Below are positions 8,274 to 16,162 of a DNA stretch of 26,944 nt, one piece after another. Both the position numbers and the translations under genes were made by a program. How positions within the stretch are numbered: position 1 is the stretch's first letter; each line of letters starts with the position of its first letter. The DNA comes from a virus (taxonomy: Duplodnaviria > Caudoviricetes). Where the stretch lies: the IMG/VR virus record IMGVR_UViG_3300048849_000085, positions 1 to 26,944 of that record. One strand, written 5' to 3'. The notes beneath the pieces are model-generated. The model saw nothing but the letters and a program-made list of their open reading frames with translations, did no database searches and was not told the origin of the DNA.

Positions 8274-8301
8274 TTTCCATTACCGTTCATTACGGATCAT
8301 T

Positions 8302-8339
8302 AGCCCGTCCTGTAAATCTGCAGGGCGGGTTTCTCTTTC
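8302..8339 (+). terminator. Intrinsic terminator
   Basis: AGCCCGTCCTG-loop-CAGGGCGGGTT followed by TCTCTTT. Confidence 0.65.
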
Positions 8340-8350
8340 AGGAGAGAGCG

Positions 8351-8485
8351 ATGCGCACCTATACGCTCACTGTCACGCACGGGACGTCAACCAGCACGCT
8401 TACGTTTGAATGCTGGGCGAAATCTTACGATGACGCATGCAGGATCGCCCGCGCGAATGGCTTGACGCCTTTTCGCGTCGCCTAA
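8351..8485 (+). CDS. Small hypothetical protein, 44 aa (MRTYTLTVTHG...)
   Basis: Translated by hand; AGGAGAG RBS; fills the gap before 8499. Confidence 0.55.
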   Translation: MRTYTLTVTHGTSTSTLTFECWAKSYDDACRIARANGLTPFRVA

Positions 8486-8498
8486 CCTGAGGCCGATC

Positions 8499-8855
8499 AT
8501 GCAATCCTTCCACTTCGGTGAGGTCACAGTAGACATCCGGCCAGGCTTGACCATCACCACGCTTGCCGATGGGTCCAAGGTAACGGCAGACCATGCAGAG
8601 CAGCCAGGACAGGCAGACATAGCGGAAGGCCTCGGCTACTCCAGCGCGGAAGCTATGAACGTCCAGCACGACATGCTGCATTCGCTGATCGCTCACTGGC
8701 TCGGTCTTGATGGATCACCGACGCTCAAAGGCGTGGCTGCCGGCAGACATTTCCCGCGTTGGCGCGAGGAAGAGAATGCTGTCTTCGCTCTCGCTGCATA
8801 TGCAAATGCGATCGGTGTGGATCTGATGGAAGTAGCGAGGCGGTATTCGGAGTAG
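8499..8855 (+). CDS. Phage hypothetical protein
   Basis: GAGG RBS, 118 aa, His-containing 'HDMLHSLIAH'. Confidence 0.7.
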   Translation: MQSFHFGEVTVDIRPGLTITTLADGSKVTADHAEQPGQADIAEGLGYSSAEAMNVQHDMLHSLIAHWLGLDGSPTLKGVAAGRHFPRWREEENAVFALAAYANAIGVDLMEVARRYSE

Positions 8856-8858
8856 CTT

Positions 8859-8912
8859 ATGCCAGTCCTAAAGAACGCACGGCATGAGACGTTCGCGCAA
8901 GAGCTAGCGTAA
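8859..8912 (+). pseudogene. 5' remnant of an alternative terminase small subunit gene
   Basis: MPVLKNARHETFAQELA* resembles the N-terminus of alphaproteobacterial phage TerS (recalled, not searched). Confidence 0.6.
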
Positions 8913-8927
8913 TGTAGTTCAGCTTAC

Positions 8928-9587
8928 TCAGTTTATCGCGAGATGAGGCGCTTGTCGCGGGCATTGAGCCAGCACCACCTCCGGTGGAAGCGAGGACGCG
9001 GTCGCGCGGAACTGACCGAGTAAGTCTTGGTAGCAGAACCGATAGGTGAAAGTGTTCTTGAAGGCCGTGAACTCTTCGCTCGTGAAGGCATCATCGATAA
9101 ACTTGATCAATATGATTTCCTCGTCTTTCTGAACGATGACGTTGGGTACCTGATACTCGAATCTCGTTGCCTCCAATCCAGGGTGTACGGAAGAGAGGTT
9201 CTTTCGCACGGCTTCGATCATTATTCGCTCTTGGTCTTCGAGTGACTGACCAGTTCTGATGGTAAAGACCTTGCCGCCCATTAGTAGGTCAGATTGGTAA
9301 AGTTGAGCAGGGCCCAGGCCATTATTTTTAACCGAGATGGTTTTATCCTTTGCATTTATCACCGTACCTAGGGACGGCGCACGTTCGATCAGACTTTGCA
9401 AGCGTGACTGCCGGAGAGCCTCTTGGGAAAGTTCTAAGTTCGCGCTTCCTAGTTGAATGCCCAGGAATCCTAGTACCGAAGCAAATAAACCAACAATAAT
9501 GGTGATAAGTGGCTCAAAATCACGGCCGACTGCCACAGCGCCGGCGGCGTATCTAGCTACTTCGTTCTTGATCCGAGAAATGCCCAC
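8928..9587 (-). CDS. Moron: membrane-anchored hypothetical protein
   Basis: Antisense to the late operon, more AT-rich, one N-terminal TM segment. Confidence 0.7.
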   Translation of the reverse strand: MGISRIKNEVARYAAGAVAVGRDFEPLITIIVGLFASVLGFLGIQLGSANLELSQEALRQSRLQSLIERAPSLGTVINAKDKTISVKNNGLGPAQLYQSDLLMGGKVFTIRTGQSLEDQERIMIEAVRKNLSSVHPGLEATRFEYQVPNVIVQKDEEIILIKFIDDAFTSEEFTAFKNTFTYRFCYQDLLGQFRATASSLPPEVVLAQCPRQAPHLAIN

Positions 9588-9627
9588 CCTGATCGCCCTC
9601 TACTGACTGAAATAAAGGAAATCAAAT

Positions 9628-10260
9628 TTGACAGGAGGTGGCAAGAGCATCAGTTCGCGACCTTCCCCGCCAGAACACGTAATCAAAGCTCCTACCATCC
9701 GATTCGAGCCAGCGCCGGACCTTCTGGAATGGGCGCGCTCTGCCTTTATCGACGATGATGCCGAACTCCTGAATGAGGATCACGCTCATCTTCGCTTTGC
9801 CACGCTCGGCGCCCTCTGGACGAATGTCCCGAATGGCAGGGCAGGTCGCCGGATCATCGGCCAATGCGAAATGGGATTGCCGCCGGCGAACAAATGGTCG
9901 CGCGCCAGGATTGAGCTTCAGCTTGAGCAGTGGTTCGGCCAGGTGCCCGACTTCCTGCTGACTTTCGACGCTCAGTATGCCGCCGAGTGCTCAGATTCCG
10001 AGTTCTGCGCATTGGTCGAGCACGAGCTTTATCACGCAGGGCAAGAGCAAGGACCATTTGGCCCGAAGTTTCGGAAAGACGGAAGGCCAGCCTTCGCTAT
10101 GCGCGGACATGATGTCGAAGAGTTCATCGGTGTTGTCCGTCGCTATGGTGCAGACGCTGCCAATGTTCGAGCGCTCGTAGATGCGGCAAACCGGCCGCCA
10201 GAAATATCGCAGGCCAGCATCGGCCACATATGCGGGACGTGCCAGTTGCGTGTCGCCTAA
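9628..10260 (+). CDS. Putative phage metallopeptidase
   Basis: HExxH (EHELYH), 'HDVEEFIGVVRRYG', position before DUF2280 terS; start uncertain. Confidence 0.8.
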   Translation: MTGGGKSISSRPSPPEHVIKAPTIRFEPAPDLLEWARSAFIDDDAELLNEDHAHLRFATLGALWTNVPNGRAGRRIIGQCEMGLPPANKWSRARIELQLEQWFGQVPDFLLTFDAQYAAECSDSEFCALVEHELYHAGQEQGPFGPKFRKDGRPAFAMRGHDVEEFIGVVRRYGADAANVRALVDAANRPPEISQASIGHICGTCQLRVA

Positions 10261-10565
10261 GGATTCCGGCGAAGGAAAGCATCATCGAATTGGATCCGAA
10301 ACTCGTCTATGGCTTCTTCGAACCGAGCAAAGCCTTCGTTGCGCATGAGCGTAGCAAAGTTGATGCTCGGCTCGGTGCCCACGATCGCGGACCAATAGTA
10401 CCGGACCATTCCAGCGGCGTCCCGCTCTTCCATTCTCATCTTTGTGTAGCGGATGCCGCGCTTCAAACTTTCGGAAGCGGTGCCCGAAGCCAGGATTGGA
10501 TCAAATACGCGGTCATGCAGAAATTCCATTATCTCCCGTTCTTTAGGTCCCAACGTCTTCGCCAT
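10257..10565 (-). CDS. Moron: hypothetical protein (MAKTLGPKERE...)
   Basis: GGAGG RBS, antisense insertion between metallopeptidase and terS. Confidence 0.75.
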   Translation of the reverse strand: MAKTLGPKEREIMEFLHDRVFDPILASGTASESLKRGIRYTKMRMEERDAAGMVRYYWSAIVGTEPSINFATLMRNEGFARFEEAIDEFRIQFDDAFLRRNP

Positions 10566-10602
10566 CTCGTTCCTCCGAATTTGACCGGACTTTGACATAC
10601 CC

Positions 10603-11067
10603 ATGGCCAAAGCCAAGCTCGCAGACGACGTCAAGACTTATATTGTTCAGGCGCTTGCATGTTTCGACAGCCCTTCGATCGTCTCGGCGGCAGTCAAGAA
10701 GGAATTCGGCGTCGAGATCAGCCGACAGCTTGTGGAGAGCCACGACCCGAATAAAAAGGCGGCGTCAGGCTTAGCTCCCAAGTGGAGAGCCCTTTTCGAG
10801 GAAACCCGCAAGACGTTCCTAGAAGACACAGCAACCATCGCCATTAGCCACCGCGCTGTTCGTCTCCGTGCTCTGCAGCGCATGGCAGACAAGGCAGAGA
10901 CCCAGGGCAACATGGTGCTGGCCTCCTCGCTGCTGAAGCAGGCAGCGGAGGAAGTCGGCGGAAGCTATACCAATCGGCGTGAGCTGACAGGGAAGGATGG
11001 AAAGGACCTGCCGGTGCCCGTCTCACCGGTGACGATCTTCCAGTTGCCCGATAATGGCAGGAGTTGA
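10603..11067 (+). CDS. terS: Terminase small subunit (DUF2280 type)
   Basis: 'IVQALACFDSPS', 'LLKQAAEEVGG.YTNRRELTGKDG'; overlaps the terL start. Confidence 0.85.
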   Translation: MAKAKLADDVKTYIVQALACFDSPSIVSAAVKKEFGVEISRQLVESHDPNKKAASGLAPKWRALFEETRKTFLEDTATIAISHRAVRLRALQRMADKAETQGNMVLASSLLKQAAEEVGGSYTNRRELTGKDGKDLPVPVSPVTIFQLPDNGRS

Positions 11068-12859
11068 GCAGGGCGCGGCAGCCCAGACAATCATCCGGCC
11101 GCAACCGGGCCCGCAGACCACGTTTCTCGGTTCTCCGGCTGATATCGCCATCTACGGGGGCTCGGCCGGCGGGGGGAAGACCTGGGCGCTCCTCATGGAG
11201 CCGCTGCGCCACATCGCGAACCCACAGTTCGGTGCGGTCTTCTTCCGGCGCTCGACGGTGCAGGTTCGGAACGAAGGCGGCCTGTGGGATGAGAGCGAGA
11301 AGCTCTATCCATCGATTGGGGCCAGTCCAAAAGAGCATGTGCTGCAATGGAGCTTCCCTTCGGGTGCTTCTGTATCATTCGCTCACCTGGAGCATGACAA
11401 GACGGTCCTGAACTGGCAGGGCTCGCAGATCCCGCTGATCTGCTTCGACGAGCTGACGCACTTCAGCGCGAAGCAGTTCTGGTACATGGTTTCGCGTAAC
11501 CGCTCGATGTCGGGCGTTCGGCCTTACATCCGAGCGACGTGCAATCCAGATGCCGACAGCTGGGTGGCGCAGTTCATCAGCTGGTGGATCAACCCTGGTA
11601 CTGGTCTGCCAATTCCAGAGCGGGCAGGGGTGCTTCGCTGGTTCGTCCGCATTGGCGATGCGATTATCTGGGGGGGCAGCCCACAGGAGCTGGCGCACTA
11701 CACGGCGCCGAACGAGGACGGGATTGATGCGCCTATCCCGCCGAAGTCCGTGACGTTTGTGCCGGCGAAGCTCAGCGATAACCGCGCTCTCATGGCTGCG
11801 GATCCAAGCTATCTGGCAAGCCTTATGGCGTTGCCAACGGTAGAGCGCGAACGACTGCTCGGCGGCAACTGGAAGATCCGACCAGCTGCGGGGCTCTACT
11901 TCCAGCGCGCCTGGTGCCAGATGGTGGATGCGGCGCCACATGACATCCGGTGGATGCGAGGTTGGGACTTAGCCGGCACGCCCAAGACGGAAAGCAACGA
12001 TCCGGATTGGACCGCTGGCACGCTGATGGGAAAGACGCCGGATGGCCGCTACTTCATTGCGGATCATCGGCGCGATCGGTTGTCACCGGCTGGCGTCGAA
12101 AGGCTGATCAAGAACACAGCAGATGGTGATGGTCGACAGGTCGCTGTGTCGCTGCCTCAGGATCCGGGGCAGGCAGGCAAGAGCCAGGTGGCGACCCTGA
12201 CGAAGATGCTGGCAGGTTTCAGCGTTCGCTCATCGCCAGAGAGCGGCGACAAGATCACAAGATTTAGCGGCTTTTCTGCCCAGGCGGAGGCGGGGAACGT
12301 TTTCGTTATTCGCGGTCGCTGGAACGAAGATTGGTTCACGTCTTTGGAGAGCTTTCCGGAGGCAGCTCACGATGACGACGCGGACAGCACGAGCAGGGCG
12401 TTCAATGCGCTGATCTCGTCCCCTGCGGTGACAACGACGACGACGGTAAGGCTCCACATCAGTAACCACATTGGCGCGCTTCTGATGTCAACGTTCGACT
12501 ATGCCGAGATGCAAGCGGTTGCCGAGGACATGATCGGAGAGTTCGGCAACCCGGGCAAGATCATCGACACCTCGGCGCCATTGACGCCAGTAGATCCGGT
12601 GGAAGGCGGCGACCCAACGTATCCCGACTACGACTGCAGCCTCGTGATCATGGCCTATGACCAGCGCTACGTGAACGGAACGACCATCCTGGCAGGCGAC
12701 GTCCAGCTCTACATCAGCGCCATTGGCCTGGCTGTCGAACCTCAGGTCGGCATGCTCGTCTCTGCCTGTGGCAGGACGTACCTCATCGTGAACATCGATC
12801 CGACGAGGCCAGATGGTGTCACGTCGGTGGTGTTCATTGCACAGGCGAGGACAGCTTAA
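11054..12859 (+). CDS. terL: Terminase large subunit, fused in frame to a downstream head-tail joining protein
   Basis: Walker A GGSAGGGKT, Walker B ICFDE, coupling ATCNP, nuclease GWDLA and HDDDAD; TerL similarity ends near 12450. Confidence 0.9.
   Translation: MAGVEQGAAAQTIIRPQPGPQTTFLGSPADIAIYGGSAGGGKTWALLMEPLRHIANPQFGAVFFRRSTVQVRNEGGLWDESEKLYPSIGASPKEHVLQWSFPSGASVSFAHLEHDKTVLNWQGSQIPLICFDELTHFSAKQFWYMVSRNRSMSGVRPYIRATCNPDADSWVAQFISWWINPGTGLPIPERAGVLRWFVRIGDAIIWGGSPQELAHYTAPNEDGIDAPIPPKSVTFVPAKLSDNRALMAADPSYLASLMALPTVERERLLGGNWKIRPAAGLYFQRAWCQMVDAAPHDIRWMRGWDLAGTPKTESNDPDWTAGTLMGKTPDGRYFIADHRRDRLSPAGVERLIKNTADGDGRQVAVSLPQDPGQAGKSQVATLTKMLAGFSVRSSPESGDKITRFSGFSAQAEAGNVFVIRGRWNEDWFTSLESFPEAAHDDDADSTSRAFNALISSPAVTTTTTVRLHISNHIGALLMSTFDYAEMQAVAEDMIGEFGNPGKIIDTSAPLTPVDPVEGGDPTYPDYDCSLVIMAYDQRYVNGTTILAGDVQLYISAIGLAVEPQVGMLVSACGRTYLIVNIDPTRPDGVTSVVFIAQARTA
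12485..12859 (+). CDS. Head-closure/head-tail joining protein (native start inside the terL fusion)
   Basis: MSTFDYAEMQAVA... begins at a TGATG overlap; size and synteny fit. Confidence 0.65.
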   Translation: MSTFDYAEMQAVAEDMIGEFGNPGKIIDTSAPLTPVDPVEGGDPTYPDYDCSLVIMAYDQRYVNGTTILAGDVQLYISAIGLAVEPQVGMLVSACGRTYLIVNIDPTRPDGVTSVVFIAQARTA

Positions 12860-12861
12860 TC

Positions 12862-13074
12862 ATGGGGAGCAGTGGTCTGGCCTCAATAGCGGTCTTCTTG
12901 TTCGGAGCCGCATTGATTTGGTTAAGCTTCCGCTTCGGCAAGGCTGCCGCCAGTACCGATTACAACGCGCCCGAATACGATGGCAGAGCATCAGGCTTCT
13001 ATGTCGCGGCGCTCGTCTGTTTCGCTCTCGGCTTGGCCATGGGTGCGGTCTCGCCATTCGTTGAACCGTTCTGA
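12862..13074 (+). CDS. Small two-TM membrane protein
   Basis: Two hydrophobic segments, operon position. Confidence 0.6.
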   Translation: MGSSGLASIAVFLFGAALIWLSFRFGKAAASTDYNAPEYDGRASGFYVAALVCFALGLAMGAVSPFVEPF

Positions 13075-13086
13075 AAGGACAGCATC

Positions 13087-13287
13087 ATGACAAAGGAAAA
13101 TCAGATTGCCACTCTGGGAATCAAGGTGGACGCCGCTGAGAGCATCGAGCAACTGAACACGCTCGCGGTCGCCGTTGAGCGTGCGAACAAGGCTCTTGAT
13201 GAATTGAACGGCAAGCAGTTCGACCGCATCAGCATCGCTGTTGTCGGCCAAGTTGCGAAGGTCGAAGTCATCTCGATAGCGGCATAA
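13087..13287 (+). CDS. Hypothetical protein
   Basis: AAAGGA RBS, 66 aa. Confidence 0.65.
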   Translation: MTKENQIATLGIKVDAAESIEQLNTLAVAVERANKALDELNGKQFDRISIAVVGQVAKVEVISIAA

Positions 13288-13305
13288 GCTGGAAAGGAGT
13301 GCATC

Positions 13306-14355
13306 GTGACGCTTGATGAACTGCTGGCACAGTATGAACCGCGCGTAGCATTAGCTTTCCGCGATGCCATAGAGCAGATCAAGTCATCGATCGTGCTCAA
13401 GACCATCGTTGACCGGCTGGAGCGAGGAGACATCGCGGGAGCCGTTTCTGCCGTTCAGTTCGAGCCTGAAGCATTTGCCGCGTTGGAGATGTCGCTGCGA
13501 GAAGCCTTCAATGCTGGTGGCATCAACATGGTGCAGAGCCTTCCTTCTCTCGTGGCGCCGGATGGCACGCGCGTGCTGTTCCAGTTTGGCGTCAGAAACT
13601 TGGAAGCGGAGCGCCTGATCCGGGAGCAGTCGTCGACGCTGGTGACGAACATCACTGAGGATCAGCGCCAGGCAATCCGCTCGGCTTTCGAGGCTGGCCT
13701 TGCTGCTGGCAAGAACCCGACTGCGACCGCTCTCGATGTCATTGGGCGCGTCAACCGCATAACCGGTCGCCGGGAAGGTGGATTCATCGGCCTGACCTCG
13801 CGACAGATTGAATTCATCGCACGCGCTCGCGCGAACCTGCTCGCCGGTGATATTGACGGCATGAAGGCCTACTTCACGCTCAAGACCCGTGACAGACGTT
13901 TCGACCGGACTGTCGCAAAGGCTATCCGCGAGGGGAAGCCGGTTCCTGCGGATATGGTCGCGAAGATCGTGGCCCGGCTGAATGACCGCAATCTGCAGCT
14001 CCGCGGCGAAACAATCGGCCTTGAGGAAACAAAGCGGGCGCTGTTCTCTGTCCGTGACAACGCCATTCGCCAACAGATTGAGGCCGGGAAAATTACTGCG
14101 CAGGAAGTCACCAAGCATTGGAAGCACTCAGGTTCCGAGCATCCCCGGATGCAGCATATCGAGATGGCCGCGTGGTATAAGGCTGAAGGAGTACCGATCG
14201 ACCAGCCGTTTATCGCGCGGGACGGTACCGCGCTTATGTTCCCGCACGACCCTAGCGCGCCGGCAAGGCATACGCTCGGATGCAAGTGCCGGATGGAATA
14301 CGAGATCGACTATGCAGCCGCCGGCCTTCGCCGGTACCGCGCAAGGGCTGCCTGA
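13306..14355 (+). CDS. Head morphogenesis / minor head protein (Mu gpF/SPP1 gp7-like)
   Basis: C-terminal 'KHW.H...R..H...LMFPHDP...GCKCR' motif. Confidence 0.8.
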   Translation: MTLDELLAQYEPRVALAFRDAIEQIKSSIVLKTIVDRLERGDIAGAVSAVQFEPEAFAALEMSLREAFNAGGINMVQSLPSLVAPDGTRVLFQFGVRNLEAERLIREQSSTLVTNITEDQRQAIRSAFEAGLAAGKNPTATALDVIGRVNRITGRREGGFIGLTSRQIEFIARARANLLAGDIDGMKAYFTLKTRDRRFDRTVAKAIREGKPVPADMVAKIVARLNDRNLQLRGETIGLEETKRALFSVRDNAIRQQIEAGKITAQEVTKHWKHSGSEHPRMQHIEMAAWYKAEGVPIDQPFIARDGTALMFPHDPSAPARHTLGCKCRMEYEIDYAAAGLRRYRARAA

Positions 14356-14801
14356 TGGCCACGTTATCGTTTGCAGCGCAGATAGCCAGTTGGCCCGAGA
14401 AGGTGCCGGAGGCCGTTGAGGCTGTCCGCAATGGCGCTGCGCAGGATGTCGTAAAAGAGATGCAGACCCTCGACAGCGAAGGCGGGCGCCTGCCATATGA
14501 TACTGGCTTTCTTTGGGCCTCCCTTATGGCCTCGACGGCGGCGATGCCCAGGATTAATCCCGGCGCGCAACCCGTCGATGGCAGAGCCTATAGCTTCGAC
14601 TACGGTGCAATTGAAGCTGTGATCTTAGGCGCGTCTTTAGAAGACGATCTCTATTTCGGCTACACCGCCGCTTATGCTGGCCACCAGGAGTATGGGGCTA
14701 ATGGTCGGACGCCGGCCGGCTTCGTCCGGGGAGCGGTTCAGAACTGGGCTGCGCATGTGAATCGGAATGCGGAAAAGGTGAAGAAGGTATTTGGTCTGTA
14801 A
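14355..14801 (+). CDS. HK97 gp10-like tail completion protein
   Basis: 'PYDTGFLWAS', 'YAGHQEYG', 'GFVR'; TGATG coupling. Confidence 0.8.
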   Translation: MATLSFAAQIASWPEKVPEAVEAVRNGAAQDVVKEMQTLDSEGGRLPYDTGFLWASLMASTAAMPRINPGAQPVDGRAYSFDYGAIEAVILGASLEDDLYFGYTAAYAGHQEYGANGRTPAGFVRGAVQNWAAHVNRNAEKVKKVFGL

Positions 14802-14973
14802 GGCCTTCCGCCTTCATCATCATGCTCATCATGAAGGAGAAGAGCGACAGTCTCGCCGCCTTCAGCATGTTGTTCCCGAACTCTGTGGCGCCTTCCTCCC
14901 GGGCAAGCATCATCCACACCTCATGTAGGCGGTCGTGAACCTCGCTGTCCGATATGGGCGGCCTTTCTGACAT
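14698..14973 (-). CDS. Small antisense hypothetical protein (MSERPPISDSEVHDRL...)
   Basis: Fills the gap between late genes; 3' end overlaps the gp10-like gene. Confidence 0.45.
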   Translation of the reverse strand: MSERPPISDSEVHDRLHEVWMMLAREEGATEFGNNMLKAARLSLFSFMMSMMMKAEGLTDQIPSSPFPHSDSHAQPSSEPLPGRSRPASDH

Positions 14974-14989
14974 AGCGATGGAGTAACAC

Positions 14990-15238
14990 ATGCGCCTTTC
15001 TTCGGACAAGGAAGATCCTGGTTATGCCGCGTGGTGCCACGTCAATGGCGACGGCAAGGTTGCCCGTGTCTATCTTGATGGCGTCTTACAGAGAGACGCC
15101 GTGATGGCCGATGACGATAAGGGCGAAGTGCGCCGTTGCGTCCGTACCGCCGACGGAAACCTCGCCAGAGGCCATGATGAATTTCTGATGGAAACGGTCC
15201 GCGGCAAAGTGGAGATCCGTACAGAGGCCAAAGCTTGA
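14990..15238 (+). CDS. Phage hypothetical protein
   Basis: GGAG RBS, coupled to the next gene. Confidence 0.7.
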   Translation: MRLSSDKEDPGYAAWCHVNGDGKVARVYLDGVLQRDAVMADDDKGEVRRCVRTADGNLARGHDEFLMETVRGKVEIRTEAKA

Positions 15239-15663
15239 TGGCCACTGGCACGGACGCAATGATCTTCAGCGCGTTGTCGACGCACCTGCGCAATATGCCC
15301 AACGTGCTGCCGATCGCAGGTCCGAACGTAACATTTCCGGCCGCCGGCCAGACCAAGCCGCCGAAGTTCCTGAAGCTCGACTTCCTGCCAAACCGGACGC
15401 GGCAGATAACTTTGGGCGATGACCCGCAGCAGAAGGTCGGCATCCTGCAGGTGTCGGTCATGTGGCCCATCGGAAATGGGCTGACGGACGCGCTAGACGT
15501 GGTTGGTCAGATCATCGACCGCTTCAAGAACCAAACCCTATTCGCCTCTGGCGTGAAAATCACGATCAGCAGCGAGCCGTGGGCAGCAAGCCCTATTCAA
15601 GACGTGGACCGGCTGAACGTGCCGATCTCCATTCCCTACATCGCCTTTGAACCGGAGAATTGA
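15238..15663 (+). CDS. Tail terminator-like protein
   Basis: 'GILQVSVMWP.G.G' motif, directly upstream of the tail tube gene. Confidence 0.75.
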   Translation: MATGTDAMIFSALSTHLRNMPNVLPIAGPNVTFPAAGQTKPPKFLKLDFLPNRTRQITLGDDPQQKVGILQVSVMWPIGNGLTDALDVVGQIIDRFKNQTLFASGVKITISSEPWAASPIQDVDRLNVPISIPYIAFEPEN

Positions 15664-15667
15664 GACA

Positions 15668-16153
15668 ATGCCGAATAAATCGACAAAAAAGGGGTCGAAG
15701 GTGTTCGTATGCACCACGGCTCAAAATACAGACCTCATCCTCTCCGCGTATGCGGCCCTGACGTGGGTTCAGGTCGGGAAGGTTGGCAACATCGGGGACT
15801 TCGGTGCTGACTCCACCATGAACAGCTACAACACGCTGGACGAGGCCGTTAGCCAGAAGCAGAAGGGTACTGCAAACGCTGGTGATCCTCAGATTGAGGT
15901 TGCCGACGTGGCTGACGACGCAGGCCAGGTGATCTTGCGTACCTTTGGCGACCCCCTGAACCAGAACAACATGGCGATCAAAGTCGAGCGAAACGACGCG
16001 CCCGCCGGCAAAACAAACACGATCTTTTACAGCCGCGGCGTCGTTTCTGGCCCTCTTTACCCAGGCGGAGGTTCGGATGACTTCGATCTCGCTCGGTATA
16101 CGATCGGCCTCAACCAGCTCCCGCTCCGCGTCGATCCCGTCACGATTCCATAA
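15668..16153 (+). CDS. Major tail (tube) protein
   Basis: 'KQKGTANAG', 'DDAGQVIL' motifs, GGAG RBS, synteny. Confidence 0.8.
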   Translation: MPNKSTKKGSKVFVCTTAQNTDLILSAYAALTWVQVGKVGNIGDFGADSTMNSYNTLDEAVSQKQKGTANAGDPQIEVADVADDAGQVILRTFGDPLNQNNMAIKVERNDAPAGKTNTIFYSRGVVSGPLYPGGGSDDFDLARYTIGLNQLPLRVDPVTIP

Positions 16154-16162
16154 GAGGCCACC

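Noticed and set aside
7227-8339. Group I or II intron carrying the HNH gene
   Set aside because: No interrupted host gene; TAGTC precedes GACTA, the reverse of group I P7 order; no group II domain V seen
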